Assembly (NCBI GenBank): GCA_038893995.1
Contig: JAWAQK010000014.1
Span: 1 to 33,111 of the forward strand
DNA length: 33,111 bases
Direction of reading: 5' to 3'
Source: Candidatus Thorarchaeota archaeon
GTDB lineage: Archaea > Asgardarchaeota > Thorarchaeia > Thorarchaeales > Thorarchaeaceae
Within the stretch, counting starts at the first letter, position 1; each line of letters starts with the position of its first letter. Under the pieces are notes generated by a model. The model saw only the letters and a program-made list of their open reading frames with translations, was not told the DNA's origin and did not search any database. A program made the translations under genes and the position numbers. This document shows, in pieces, positions 19,201-25,451 of the stretch.

Positions 19201-19784
19201 CCGGTCTGGCAAGGCTCGAGATCACTGCTCCTGTGCTCGAAGAGGCGCCTCCAGCTCCGACCGAAGAGGCTGTGGAAGAACTTTTCGATGAGCTTGAGGC
19301 TCTTGAATCAGTCGAGGCTCCTGAAGAGGGAGAGGGACTAACTGAGGATGAGTTTGGCAGCATCCTGGCGGAAGAGCTGAAACAAGTCAAGGCTGAGCCC
19401 TCTACGATGCCTCCGGAGGAAACGCCGGCTGAACAAGAAGTGACGCCGAAGAAGGAACAGCAAGAGAAGTCCGATGTCAGAGAGGAAAAGGAGTCTCGAG
19501 AGGAAGCAGAGGTCGACCACACGGAAGACTCCGAGCGGAAGGATGGTCACGACAGCGGGACCGGCACTGATGGTACGTCTGACTCGCAGCACACCACGGA
19601 AGCCAGTGCAGAACCATCAGATGAGACTCCGCCTAATGCAGAGTTGACTGGTCCCGGTGAATCCCCTCCGACCGATGGTCCTCGATCGTCTTCTGACGAC
19701 GTGTCGACCAATGATATCTCGGATGAGCCGAACATGATCGACGGAGATGATTCCGATGCTGAGAGAAGCAAGGACGGAGAGTAA
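13296..19784 (+). CDS. Giant single-pass cell-surface glycoprotein (signal peptide, DUF2341, prealbumin-like and Ig-like repeats, TM helix, acidic cytoplasmic tail)
   Basis: N-terminal hydrophobic signal; WWN..YYYRR.V.I...DSIRIVD..G.EVP.Q...YWIYY (DUF2341 pattern); repeated V.D..G..I.GA.V...T...G...F units; many N-x-S/T sequons; TM LVMVLLMTASFAAIVVGY; D/E-rich tail. GGAGGTG SD, with the ATG adjoining the upstream TAG. Confidence 0.85.
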   Translation: MVRECKYLLIFIAVLMMVSTATLGGEPTQDRESIELVPVSLNSHSSLDESTPWWNTTYYYRRHVNITDQYNTPRVDVPFHLNLEFDNNTCYKDSIRIVDQNGNEVPSQVYKQTYWEDTDYLKTASVFWYANVPKQSTATYWIYYSSLKTIEPAVYSPVVWFARTIGTLSGKFGPNYWSFRGDWYNVTMYNAAGGKMTNGAHKMADGSWNWNWGTNQGSMHWNPDGLGGGATSNIAPISGTTFVNVNGPLFINYTTQVPFGSYAKMNVTYTFYRWGWTFRTYILYSGTISGSGRTDEWVFYPYTTIEAIKVDEDLTQTYYPNWVQNSNVGKPAGFGWWNTNGISHGTVRISHNSWNTNPSYPNDYDKYYYRWLDQSAYEYWDTVIPTIYAIPGTVLEETCAFAVWNGAEGRDGYMRVFNATSPFISLQRSLSGVSSYSFRIRVQDLGGTRISGANVTLLNATSGVRLYKLTGEPYTALTNADGEVIFTGLMNKTYRIVVWSNTASWLDEESGSTGLNVTWAENRAATGPFTPVSVTLNMASITLTLRDLMGDLVGTQGPEILQARVYNGSDPDPSAWKYMDYELASGSGTVTFTRLPRCDWVFMFFYSNADTGHTYQWKDFREYASYRIPRTEITGDLQRSWVLPLVTVDFNVKAYDLSNVANAYVLLSKKGTGDPYPPDGTSSRYNVTHYTDATGNVRFYRILNGTWNIFLYKYDDFGQLAYNSTEQLSNIQGYSSRNLLIPLTSLRVLVQDTSGYRVPGAQVNVSISSQYLVTAYTDTSGWCNFTYIRASTSYTVVVSKSWYTSPSQAVYAGRNFYQYNVIQFQGLTYNGLYTELNCSVSSLSVTYGAIIQIQVGWFNRTGTASNYVDTPLSNYAQGWINFTIIHDGIVVARGSWNGTGYYLITYMSGINFQATIGTITLNLDTSSIPYLIKFEAHAPGYSDPQPLVVPLVVSVSQTTALGPTQRSVYWMDGVVLYYSLYATQYGYNLTGLSYYNYSIYTSPEYTPASRISFGTLQYVGNGVYRFSNALLNASDVGTYYVLIWLYKHNYVNRTVSLRVVINPVATVLNWVTQPVNYTWGAGPQSVTLILWDTVHGVPITGSNSVTIYWIDQTTMKTVLVVQSSSLTYAYSSTVVGAGSWKLRVVVSNPNCLPSETVSNLFVVQPRPTEVVLTTDDSVTVLWGSQYATFGFIYRHTDPVSVIVGARLISINWSGEVILTDNGDGTYQLRLLPVGVARNQTVVFTVWIANRTSASQSVTVRVLIPLHADALGGSSPQSPVREYYTRQFVLRVVVGDQSNQSAFVSGVVVRFVFPAAGLDGYMVENSTGGYYWVSFAASVVSGAGLYEIWIYASRIGCSPASTKIFIEVVATPTQATAENQVLTVYYADTFLLNYTWTITIDDLAGISNPDSITVTLWRGSQLIGTYPGTINEVSPGRYQFVVSTASLGMSALHPLYPTVYYFVITMSKMGYQDPLAATVVVLVLQTPTKMIAEAVAPVTWADDLVVRVTLWDLIHGTPVWTGAVVTFVHGSFSAQMTSLNNGTFILVADSSMAFSAMQDWQTAEITYTLPNYVDGKITVQVLVQPRPAHIIVIDPPQSSYTYGDSFAIRLQVAVNQTMALLQDCTLRYYWSGHPTIGGALPFSGSWYQGSIDTGRVPAGNYSLVVEATRGNYTIRSLAFLIEVRPLKATLTSSDGLIVHAIYGAEYSRQIRLSYTYGGVPIPGALVTLYWAGRLLSTTMTDGEYVFVFNPSEDTSLTVPGQCNLIFTASKTNYSTETLIIVLRLSAATAVQGGPYRVEYEQTLQLEFRYWDIVNDQAVPGATVYYRIGDGPLVPVTLTQFDGEKYTVLIPASEIGQVRPDPYLIYIIASAYGYQNWTQMATGNAIVVYVDPPTINIMGIIRVPRDTLVMVLLMTASFAAIVVGYRAVKSWKVPFHIKQIDRALKDIESGRKARIAETKTMGEAISELLAPGLARLEITAPVLEEAPPAPTEEAVEELFDELEALESVEAPEEGEGLTEDEFGSILAEELKQVKAEPSTMPPEETPAEQEVTPKKEQQEKSDVREEKESREEAEVDHTEDSERKDGHDSGTGTDGTSDSQHTTEASAEPSDETPPNAELTGPGESPPTDGPRSSSDDVSTNDISDEPNMIDGDDSDAERSKDGE

Positions 19785-19978
19785 TACCAGGCTTGGAGCG
19801 TGCTCCATCAGGTGCCCGGCTCATCCTCCTGTCTCTGAAGTGGACCGGATTGTACACATCCAGAATGGCACATGGCTGGGCGTGCTTGCAGGTCCTATGA
19901 GTAGGTACGAGGTATCATTATCACCGGGCGGTACCACACGTATGCCTACCGAGACATCCTGTGGAAGCGGGTGATGTC

Positions 19979-20866
19979 ATGATCCGGGAACTGCACATCT
20001 TCAAGGGGGGCCGGCTCTTGTTCGAGGACGTGATAGTCCCGAACAGGGACCTGGATTCCACGGCGGTGATGATGCTCGTATCCTCGTCAGCAAGGAAGCT
20101 CCAAGAGTGGAAGATAGATGCGATGGAGATAGAGCGCTACAGATACGTCTACATGAACTCTCACGCAACTCAGTTCATCATCACCATGGACCGTCAGGCC
20201 TCAGTTCAGAAAGTCAACGAAGCCCTGATGACTCTCGTCTCACAGTTCATGACATCTTACGAAAGCCTACTCGAGTCAGATGCATGGAAGACTACGGACT
20301 TCAGCCCAATACGGACCGCTTTCCGGGACATTGTTGGTCGAATCCCGGTGAAGGTATGCCTGGCAGGTCACGGTGGCACAGGAAAGACCACCCTCCTGGA
20401 GCTCGCTACCCTGCCATCGAAGGGTCCTCCTCAGAACTACGTGCCTACATTCTTTGGAGATAAGGCGCTCCTGAAGGCGGACTTTGATCCGTACGTCTTC
20501 AGCCTTTTCGATCTGGGAGGTCAAGACCGATTTGTGCAGGAGTGGGGGAAGATTGTCCGCTCCGGGAGCATGGTGGTTCTGGTGACTGACTCGACCAGGG
20601 AGAATCTTGCATGGACCAAGAGGGTCGCTTATCCAGTCCTGAAGAACGAGCTGCCATATGCAAGAGCAATAGCCATTGCGAACAAGCAGGATCTCCCAGG
20701 CGCTCTCTCTCCAGAGGAGGTAGGTCGGCGCCTGGGTGTTCCGGCGTATGGGATGCAGGCAAACAAGCGCGACTTCAGAGACAGATGGCTCTCGCTCCTC
20801 AAGAGCCTTGCGTTCGAGGAGATTGACTTCAAGATTGTCCAAGACATGGAGGTGGATGCAGATTGA
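19979..20866 (+). CDS. Longin-domain / Arf-family small GTPase fusion
   Basis: G1 GHGGTGKT, G2 YVPT, G3 FDLGGQ, G4 ANKQD; N-terminal ~120 aa with beta-beta-alpha-beta-beta-beta-alpha-alpha longin periodicity (IRELHIFKGGRLLF...FIITMDR). GGGTGA precedes ATG 19979; GTG 19961 is an alternative start. Confidence 0.85.
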   Translation: MIRELHIFKGGRLLFEDVIVPNRDLDSTAVMMLVSSSARKLQEWKIDAMEIERYRYVYMNSHATQFIITMDRQASVQKVNEALMTLVSQFMTSYESLLESDAWKTTDFSPIRTAFRDIVGRIPVKVCLAGHGGTGKTTLLELATLPSKGPPQNYVPTFFGDKALLKADFDPYVFSLFDLGGQDRFVQEWGKIVRSGSMVVLVTDSTRENLAWTKRVAYPVLKNELPYARAIAIANKQDLPGALSPEEVGRRLGVPAYGMQANKRDFRDRWLSLLKSLAFEEIDFKIVQDMEVDAD

Positions 20867-21429
20867 GTTTGGGAGAGAGAAGTGGACTTGTCGACGAGAA
20901 GGAGCGGAGACGACTGATACAGGAGATCACCCACATCAAGGATGTGCTTGATAGTTTCAAGTATGGCCTAAACTTCGAGGAATTCGCTGATGAGATATTT
21001 GCAACCATTGACCGACAGACTGTATCGATCAAGAGTCTTCAGTCTTCCCTTGATGCGATCATTGCCAGAATGAATCATATCGAGTCACGTCTGGATGCGA
21101 TATCGAGGAAACTGAGCGAAACTGGGATTCCGACCACCTCTGCAGAGCAGATACCGCAGGAGTCTCCGCGCTCGGAGTCCGACGCATCCTCGGTCACTGC
21201 TGACTCACACGAACCCGTATCTGTGGACAGAGCGACACTCATGTCTCAAGCAGAGGATATCCGTGCGAAGATTGCAAGGCTGTTTGAGAAGGAAAATGAG
21301 CTCATGGAGATGCAGCTCAACGATCCTGCGAGCGCAGAGGACTACTCAAAGAGGGCGAAGGTGGCCCGTCAGATGCGAGAGGAACTCGAGCAGCAGCTCG
21401 CTCAGATAATGTCTAGACTGAATAGCTAG
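20863..21429 (+). CDS. Hypothetical all-helical protein (N-terminal coiled coil, linker, C-terminal helical hairpin)
   Basis: Heptad patterns at both ends with an S/P/E-rich linker; TTG overlaps the GTPase TGA; GGAGGTG SD. Confidence 0.8.
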   Translation: MSLGERSGLVDEKERRRLIQEITHIKDVLDSFKYGLNFEEFADEIFATIDRQTVSIKSLQSSLDAIIARMNHIESRLDAISRKLSETGIPTTSAEQIPQESPRSESDASSVTADSHEPVSVDRATLMSQAEDIRAKIARLFEKENELMEMQLNDPASAEDYSKRAKVARQMREELEQQLAQIMSRLNS

Positions 21430-21444
21430 GAGGTGTCATAAGAA

Positions 21445-21813
21445 TTGGGACTATTCGACACATGGAGGCGAAAGAAGACAGTTTCGCCAGTCCGGGCACC
21501 AAAGAGCCCCGTGACCGGAATGCCGATAACAACCGAACAGGTGTCACAGTCAGAGGCTGCTACTCCTCCTACGTCAGGTCAGGACGAGGTGGTGGAACTG
21601 GTCGCCGACTACGAGCGTCTGATCAGCAGGAGAGAACAGCTACAGCGCGAGAGAGGCGAACTGACAATTCGGCTGGACCGTGGCGAGATTGACGCAGATG
21701 TCTTTCGAAAGGAACTCATGGCGAGAATCCAAGAGGCATCCCGGGTATCGGAGAGACTCAAGGAGGTCACCACCCGACTGACAGAGCTGGGTTATCGGGG
21801 CGTACTTCGCTGA
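21445..21813 (+). CDS. Hypothetical helical-hairpin protein (steadiness-box/SHOCT-like motif)
   Basis: GGAGGTG SD before TTG; basic amphipathic N-terminus MGLFDTWRRKK; LDRGEIDADVFRK turn between two helices. Confidence 0.78.
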   Translation: MGLFDTWRRKKTVSPVRAPKSPVTGMPITTEQVSQSEAATPPTSGQDEVVELVADYERLISRREQLQRERGELTIRLDRGEIDADVFRKELMARIQEASRVSERLKEVTTRLTELGYRGVLR

Positions 21814-21824
21814 GGTGATCTACT

Positions 21825-23300
21825 CTGTCAGACCGAGAGGATGAGCCCCCAGCCGAGGGCCAACAGTCGGGGATAGAGAAACGCACAGCGCAGTTGATGG
21901 ACGAGGCAATGAGGCGGGGAGCCGAGAAGATCTCGGTCAGGCAGGAAACAGTAGTTTCTGACGATGCACAACCGAAGACGGACGTCGAAGGAGGCCCTTC
22001 CAGTTTCAGCGAGTCCTTTCAGAGAATACAGGAGAGGGTCGAAGGCGAGCTACTGTCAATAGAAGAGAGCATCAAGAAATTCCAGACATCTCTTGATAGA
22101 AGGACACAGGAAGCAGTCCAAGACATCGACCGGAGGCTTCAGGGTGCGGGTCTTGGTGTCTTGGCCACAAGATCGAGTAAGATTGTTAGAGAGGAACTTG
22201 GAAAATATCTGAAGGCGGAGGATCTCATTTCCCCACTCGTGGATGCAGTCTCCAGATGCAGGGTCGATCTTTCCGATGCGATAGCTAAGACCGCTCGAGG
22301 TGCGGCACGGGCTGCATACCCCTTCGACCTACGGCTCAAGTTAGTTCAGATGTATACGACCCGAGCCGAGTTATCACGCAAGTTGGAGCTGGCAGCTGCA
22401 AGTATCCAGAAGTTGCGTGCTCGCACTGCAGAGCTCGAGGGCAAGCTATCATTGAAGGAAATGGAAACTGAGAGGTTGAGGTCCGAAGTGTCCTCTCTTC
22501 AGGAGCAGTTAGGTCAGCTGAAGTCTCAGCTCTCAGAACGCGATTCCACAGTAAATGAGCTCAAGAGCGAGCTGTCACGGGCGTCTGCAGTCATAGATGA
22601 GCTGAGGGCAACCATCTCACAGCTCAGTTCCGCGGACGCGCTGCTCTCAGAGCATAAGATAATGACGGAAGAGCTCGCTCAGTTGAAGGGTACCAACGCT
22701 GCACTCGAGGAATCACTGACTCAGAGGGATACGACCATCGAGTATCTTCGAGCAGAAACCGGTCGATTGGAGGAGGAGTCTGACGGGCTCCAGAAGAGGC
22801 TACTTGAACTCGACAGGGAACTCCGTCTGGTGAGAGAGGAGCAAGCGCGGACGCTTGACGAGATCACCGCCCTGAGAGCACAGAATACCGAACTGAGTGC
22901 GCGCTGGGATCTGTTGTTTCGTGTTGCAGAAGACGAGCCCGCCTTCCGTGCCTACTTTCTGATTGCCGGAAAATCAAGTTGGTTTCCGATGTCTCATATT
23001 TCTTCAGCGCTTGGTATTCCGACAGCAAGACTGCGACTACAGCTTCAGAAGTTCATAGATGCAGGCCTCCTTGAGGTTGAGGGCGACAGAATTCGTGCAC
23101 GTAACATCTCCGAGACTGCAAGGGAGATTGCTGGTGCTGAAGAGCAACTCGTTGCCGAGATCAAGTCTGACCTGGAAAAGTCTGGAACGCCGCTCATCAG
23201 GGCAATTGACTATGATGAGTTTCCGCTCGAAGGAGGCGGAGAGGATGAGAACCCGACCGACGCGACCGGAGGTGATTCTACTGAGGCGACCCCTAGATGA
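21825..23300 (+). CDS. Long coiled-coil protein with C-terminal winged-helix domain and acidic tail
   Basis: About 200 aa of continuous heptads, then ISSALGIPTARLRLQLQKFIDAGLLEVEGD. Start proposed at in-frame CTG 21825 behind GAGGTGA; the track start is 21894. Confidence 0.8.
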   Translation: MSDREDEPPAEGQQSGIEKRTAQLMDEAMRRGAEKISVRQETVVSDDAQPKTDVEGGPSSFSESFQRIQERVEGELLSIEESIKKFQTSLDRRTQEAVQDIDRRLQGAGLGVLATRSSKIVREELGKYLKAEDLISPLVDAVSRCRVDLSDAIAKTARGAARAAYPFDLRLKLVQMYTTRAELSRKLELAAASIQKLRARTAELEGKLSLKEMETERLRSEVSSLQEQLGQLKSQLSERDSTVNELKSELSRASAVIDELRATISQLSSADALLSEHKIMTEELAQLKGTNAALEESLTQRDTTIEYLRAETGRLEEESDGLQKRLLELDRELRLVREEQARTLDEITALRAQNTELSARWDLLFRVAEDEPAFRAYFLIAGKSSWFPMSHISSALGIPTARLRLQLQKFIDAGLLEVEGDRIRARNISETAREIAGAEEQLVAEIKSDLEKSGTPLIRAIDYDEFPLEGGGEDENPTDATGGDSTEATPR

Positions 23301-23304
23301 AGTC

Positions 23305-23616
23305 ATGACCCATCTTTCGAACTACACTCTGACCTGGCACCACTGGTTAATAGTGTTGTATCTAATCAAGTCGGGAGGGTGCGCGACCAAGTCGCAGCTC
23401 CTGTCCATGATACGGAGAGAAGGTTTTTCTCCGCATAGTGTCGAGGCCGTGCTGAGGGACGACCTCGAAGAACTCGGCGAAGCTATCACCGTAGAGGACG
23501 ACCCGGATGCTCCTCTCTCAGGCATTGTTCGCCTCAATGGGGACCCGCGGTTCCAGTCGTTCGTGAGGGACCACATCAAGAGTGTTGTTCGCATCCTGAA
23601 GAACAGGGCCCGATAA
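23305..23616 (+). CDS. Small winged-helix-like hypothetical protein (103 aa)
   Basis: ATG lies 4 nt after the upstream stop; HWLIVLYLIKSGG.ATKSQLL..I...helix...GEAITV pattern. Confidence 0.7.
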   Translation: MTHLSNYTLTWHHWLIVLYLIKSGGCATKSQLLSMIRREGFSPHSVEAVLRDDLEELGEAITVEDDPDAPLSGIVRLNGDPRFQSFVRDHIKSVVRILKNRAR

Positions 23617-23619
23617 CAG

Positions 23620-23625
23620 TTTTAT
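23620..23625 (+). promoter_or_regulatory. Putative TATA box of the DUF35 gene
   Basis: TTTTAT ends about 31 nt upstream of ATG 23657; no SD. Confidence 0.4.
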
Positions 23626-23656
23626 GCCTGGCCACCCGTCCTTTGGATGATTCTTC

Positions 23657-23983
23657 ATGTACGAATCAGGCATTGAGGCCTCTACCTGCGAGTCGTGTGG
23701 TCATTCGTTGGTGCCACCGCGATCAACTTGTCCACGGTGCGGCTCAGTCTTTTCCGCGATGAGAATAGTCATGGTCGGAAATGTTGGGACAGTTGAGAGC
23801 TTCACGCTCCAACAGATGCCTCCTGAGGGCTTTGAACCCCCTTTGCTACTGGTGCTTGTGAGACTGGACGACGGACCCACAGTCCTGTGCAGCGGAGACC
23901 CCTCCCTCTTCAATACTCTGTCGATAGGCATGAGGGTCTCTGTGACACGTGGTACGGATGGTCGTTACCATGTCCGCCTATAG
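23657..23983 (+). CDS. DUF35 family Zn-ribbon / OB-fold protein (thiolase-associated)
   Basis: CESCG...PPR..CPRCGS, GTVESFT, P.....V.LDDG, IGMRV motifs. Confidence 0.9.
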   Translation: MYESGIEASTCESCGHSLVPPRSTCPRCGSVFSAMRIVMVGNVGTVESFTLQQMPPEGFEPPLLLVLVRLDDGPTVLCSGDPSLFNTLSIGMRVSVTRGTDGRYHVRL

Positions 23984-24083
23984 ACCCGTAGCAATCATCA
24001 ATGGTGGAAGTGCCGCCCTCTAGGTCCTCTCTTCAGCTACTGATTTAAGGCTGACATGAAACCGACAAGTACGGGTTTCCGAG

Positions 24084-25253
24084 ATGAGCGCACACCTGAG
24101 CGATATTCTGTGGACAGAGGATGAGATTGCCTTTAGGCAACAGGTGAGAGAGTTCTGTATGAGAGAGATCGCCCCTGTCGCAGATAAGCTTGACAAGGGT
24201 CCGTTCCCACGCGAGCTACTGAGAAGGATAGGCAAGGCAGGTCTCATGGGTGTCCTGCACGAGAAGTCAGTTGGGGGCTCGGCACGTGGGGTATCCTATG
24301 AGACAATAGTGGCCGAGGAGATCTCCGCCGTCAACGGCGGACTGGACATGGCGCGAATGGCCTCCACAACCCTGTATGGTATGCCAGTCAGCAAGTTTGG
24401 AACGGAGGAGCAGAAGAAGAAGTATCTGGCACCGATCGTGAGCGGCGATAAGCTCGGCTGCATCGGCATAACTGAGCCGAACGTGGGCTCTGACACGGCC
24501 GGTATGCAGACGCGAGCAGTGAGGGACGGCGACGAGTGGGTCATAACTGGCGAGAAACGATTCATCACGAACGGCAGTCAGGCGGACTACATGGTCTGCT
24601 TTGCAATCACGGACCCCTCGGTGCATGCAAAGGACGGCATGTCGGCCTTCATTGTCGACACAAAGAGCGACGGTTTCAGTGTGGTGAAGGATCACGACCT
24701 TCTTGGAATGAAATCGGCCCGCGTGTCATGGCTGAAGCTTGACAATGTCAGAGTCGAGCCTGGTATGGTGCTTGGCAGGCCGGGTCAGGGTTTCCAGATA
24801 CTCATGGACGAACTGGACAGTGAGAGGACCGCAATTGCTGCAGAGGCTATCGGTTATGCTCGAACCCCATACGAGATAGCCGTGAAGTATGCAAATGAAC
24901 GAGAGCAGTTCGGTCGCAAGATCAGAGAGTTCGAGGGTGTCAGCTTCAAGATTGCGGACATGGCGATGAAACTTGAGGCGGCACGTGCCCTGACTCTTAC
25001 TGCGGCAAGGATGCTAGACAAGAAGATGAAGGCCACTAAGCAGGCCTCCATAGCGAAGCTTTACGCCACCGAGGCCGCAGTGCAGATCACTAACGACGCG
25101 CTCCAGATACTCGGAGGTTCTGGCTACACGACAGACTATCCGGTCGAAAGATTCCTGAGAGACGCTCGGCTGATGATGATTGGCGGAGGTACTGTCGAGA
25201 TCCTGCGATTCCTCATTCAGCGCGAGGTGTACAAGGAGTTCTTCCCTAAGTGA
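24084..25253 (+). CDS. Acyl-CoA dehydrogenase (short/branched-chain type)
   Basis: ITEPNVGSD, GEKRFITNG, REQFGR.I, QILGG.GY....PVER..RDAR...IGGGT.EI motifs. Confidence 0.95.
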   Translation: MSAHLSDILWTEDEIAFRQQVREFCMREIAPVADKLDKGPFPRELLRRIGKAGLMGVLHEKSVGGSARGVSYETIVAEEISAVNGGLDMARMASTTLYGMPVSKFGTEEQKKKYLAPIVSGDKLGCIGITEPNVGSDTAGMQTRAVRDGDEWVITGEKRFITNGSQADYMVCFAITDPSVHAKDGMSAFIVDTKSDGFSVVKDHDLLGMKSARVSWLKLDNVRVEPGMVLGRPGQGFQILMDELDSERTAIAAEAIGYARTPYEIAVKYANEREQFGRKIREFEGVSFKIADMAMKLEAARALTLTAARMLDKKMKATKQASIAKLYATEAAVQITNDALQILGGSGYTTDYPVERFLRDARLMMIGGGTVEILRFLIQREVYKEFFPK

Positions 25254-25403
25254 TTGTTTCACTTCGCGTTGTGCACATCACTGATCGTTCGGTCAGGACT
25301 TCGATCCGGGCTCAGCCGTTCAGACCGCTTGGTCCTACTCCGTCGTCATTGTGCTCACACGACAATCTAACAGACCTCGATCAGGGTCCCTGGACAAGAG
25401 AAG

Positions 25404-25443
25404 GGAAGGTCGGCTGCCCGTCACTGGGCACGCCGTTCCTTCC
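25404..25443 (-). terminator. GC-rich hairpin followed by a pyrimidine tract between convergent genes
   Basis: GGAAGG/CCTTCC, CGGC/GCCG and TGCCC/GGGCA pair. On the minus strand it starts 8 nt after the 25452 stop and is followed by CTTCTCTTGT. Confidence 0.5.
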
Positions 25444-25451
25444 AGAAAAGA

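Noticed and set aside
19895-19955. SECIS-like element (ATGA...stem...GA)
   Set aside because: The GA quartet is out of register by one nucleotide, there is no apical AA, and no neighbouring gene shows an in-frame TGA at a plausible Sec position.
21825-23300. SMC/Rad50 annotation
   Set aside because: Coiled coil only; no Walker A/B, ABC signature, hinge or zinc hook.
23059-23304. N-terminal extension of the 185-aa ORF in the track
   Set aside because: It overlaps the coiled-coil gene by about 240 nt; ATG 23305 just after that gene's stop is more plausible.
11998-23656. Prophage or mobile element explanation for the accessory locus
   Set aside because: No integrase, transposase, capsid or terminase motif, no tRNA and no visible terminal direct or inverted repeats.
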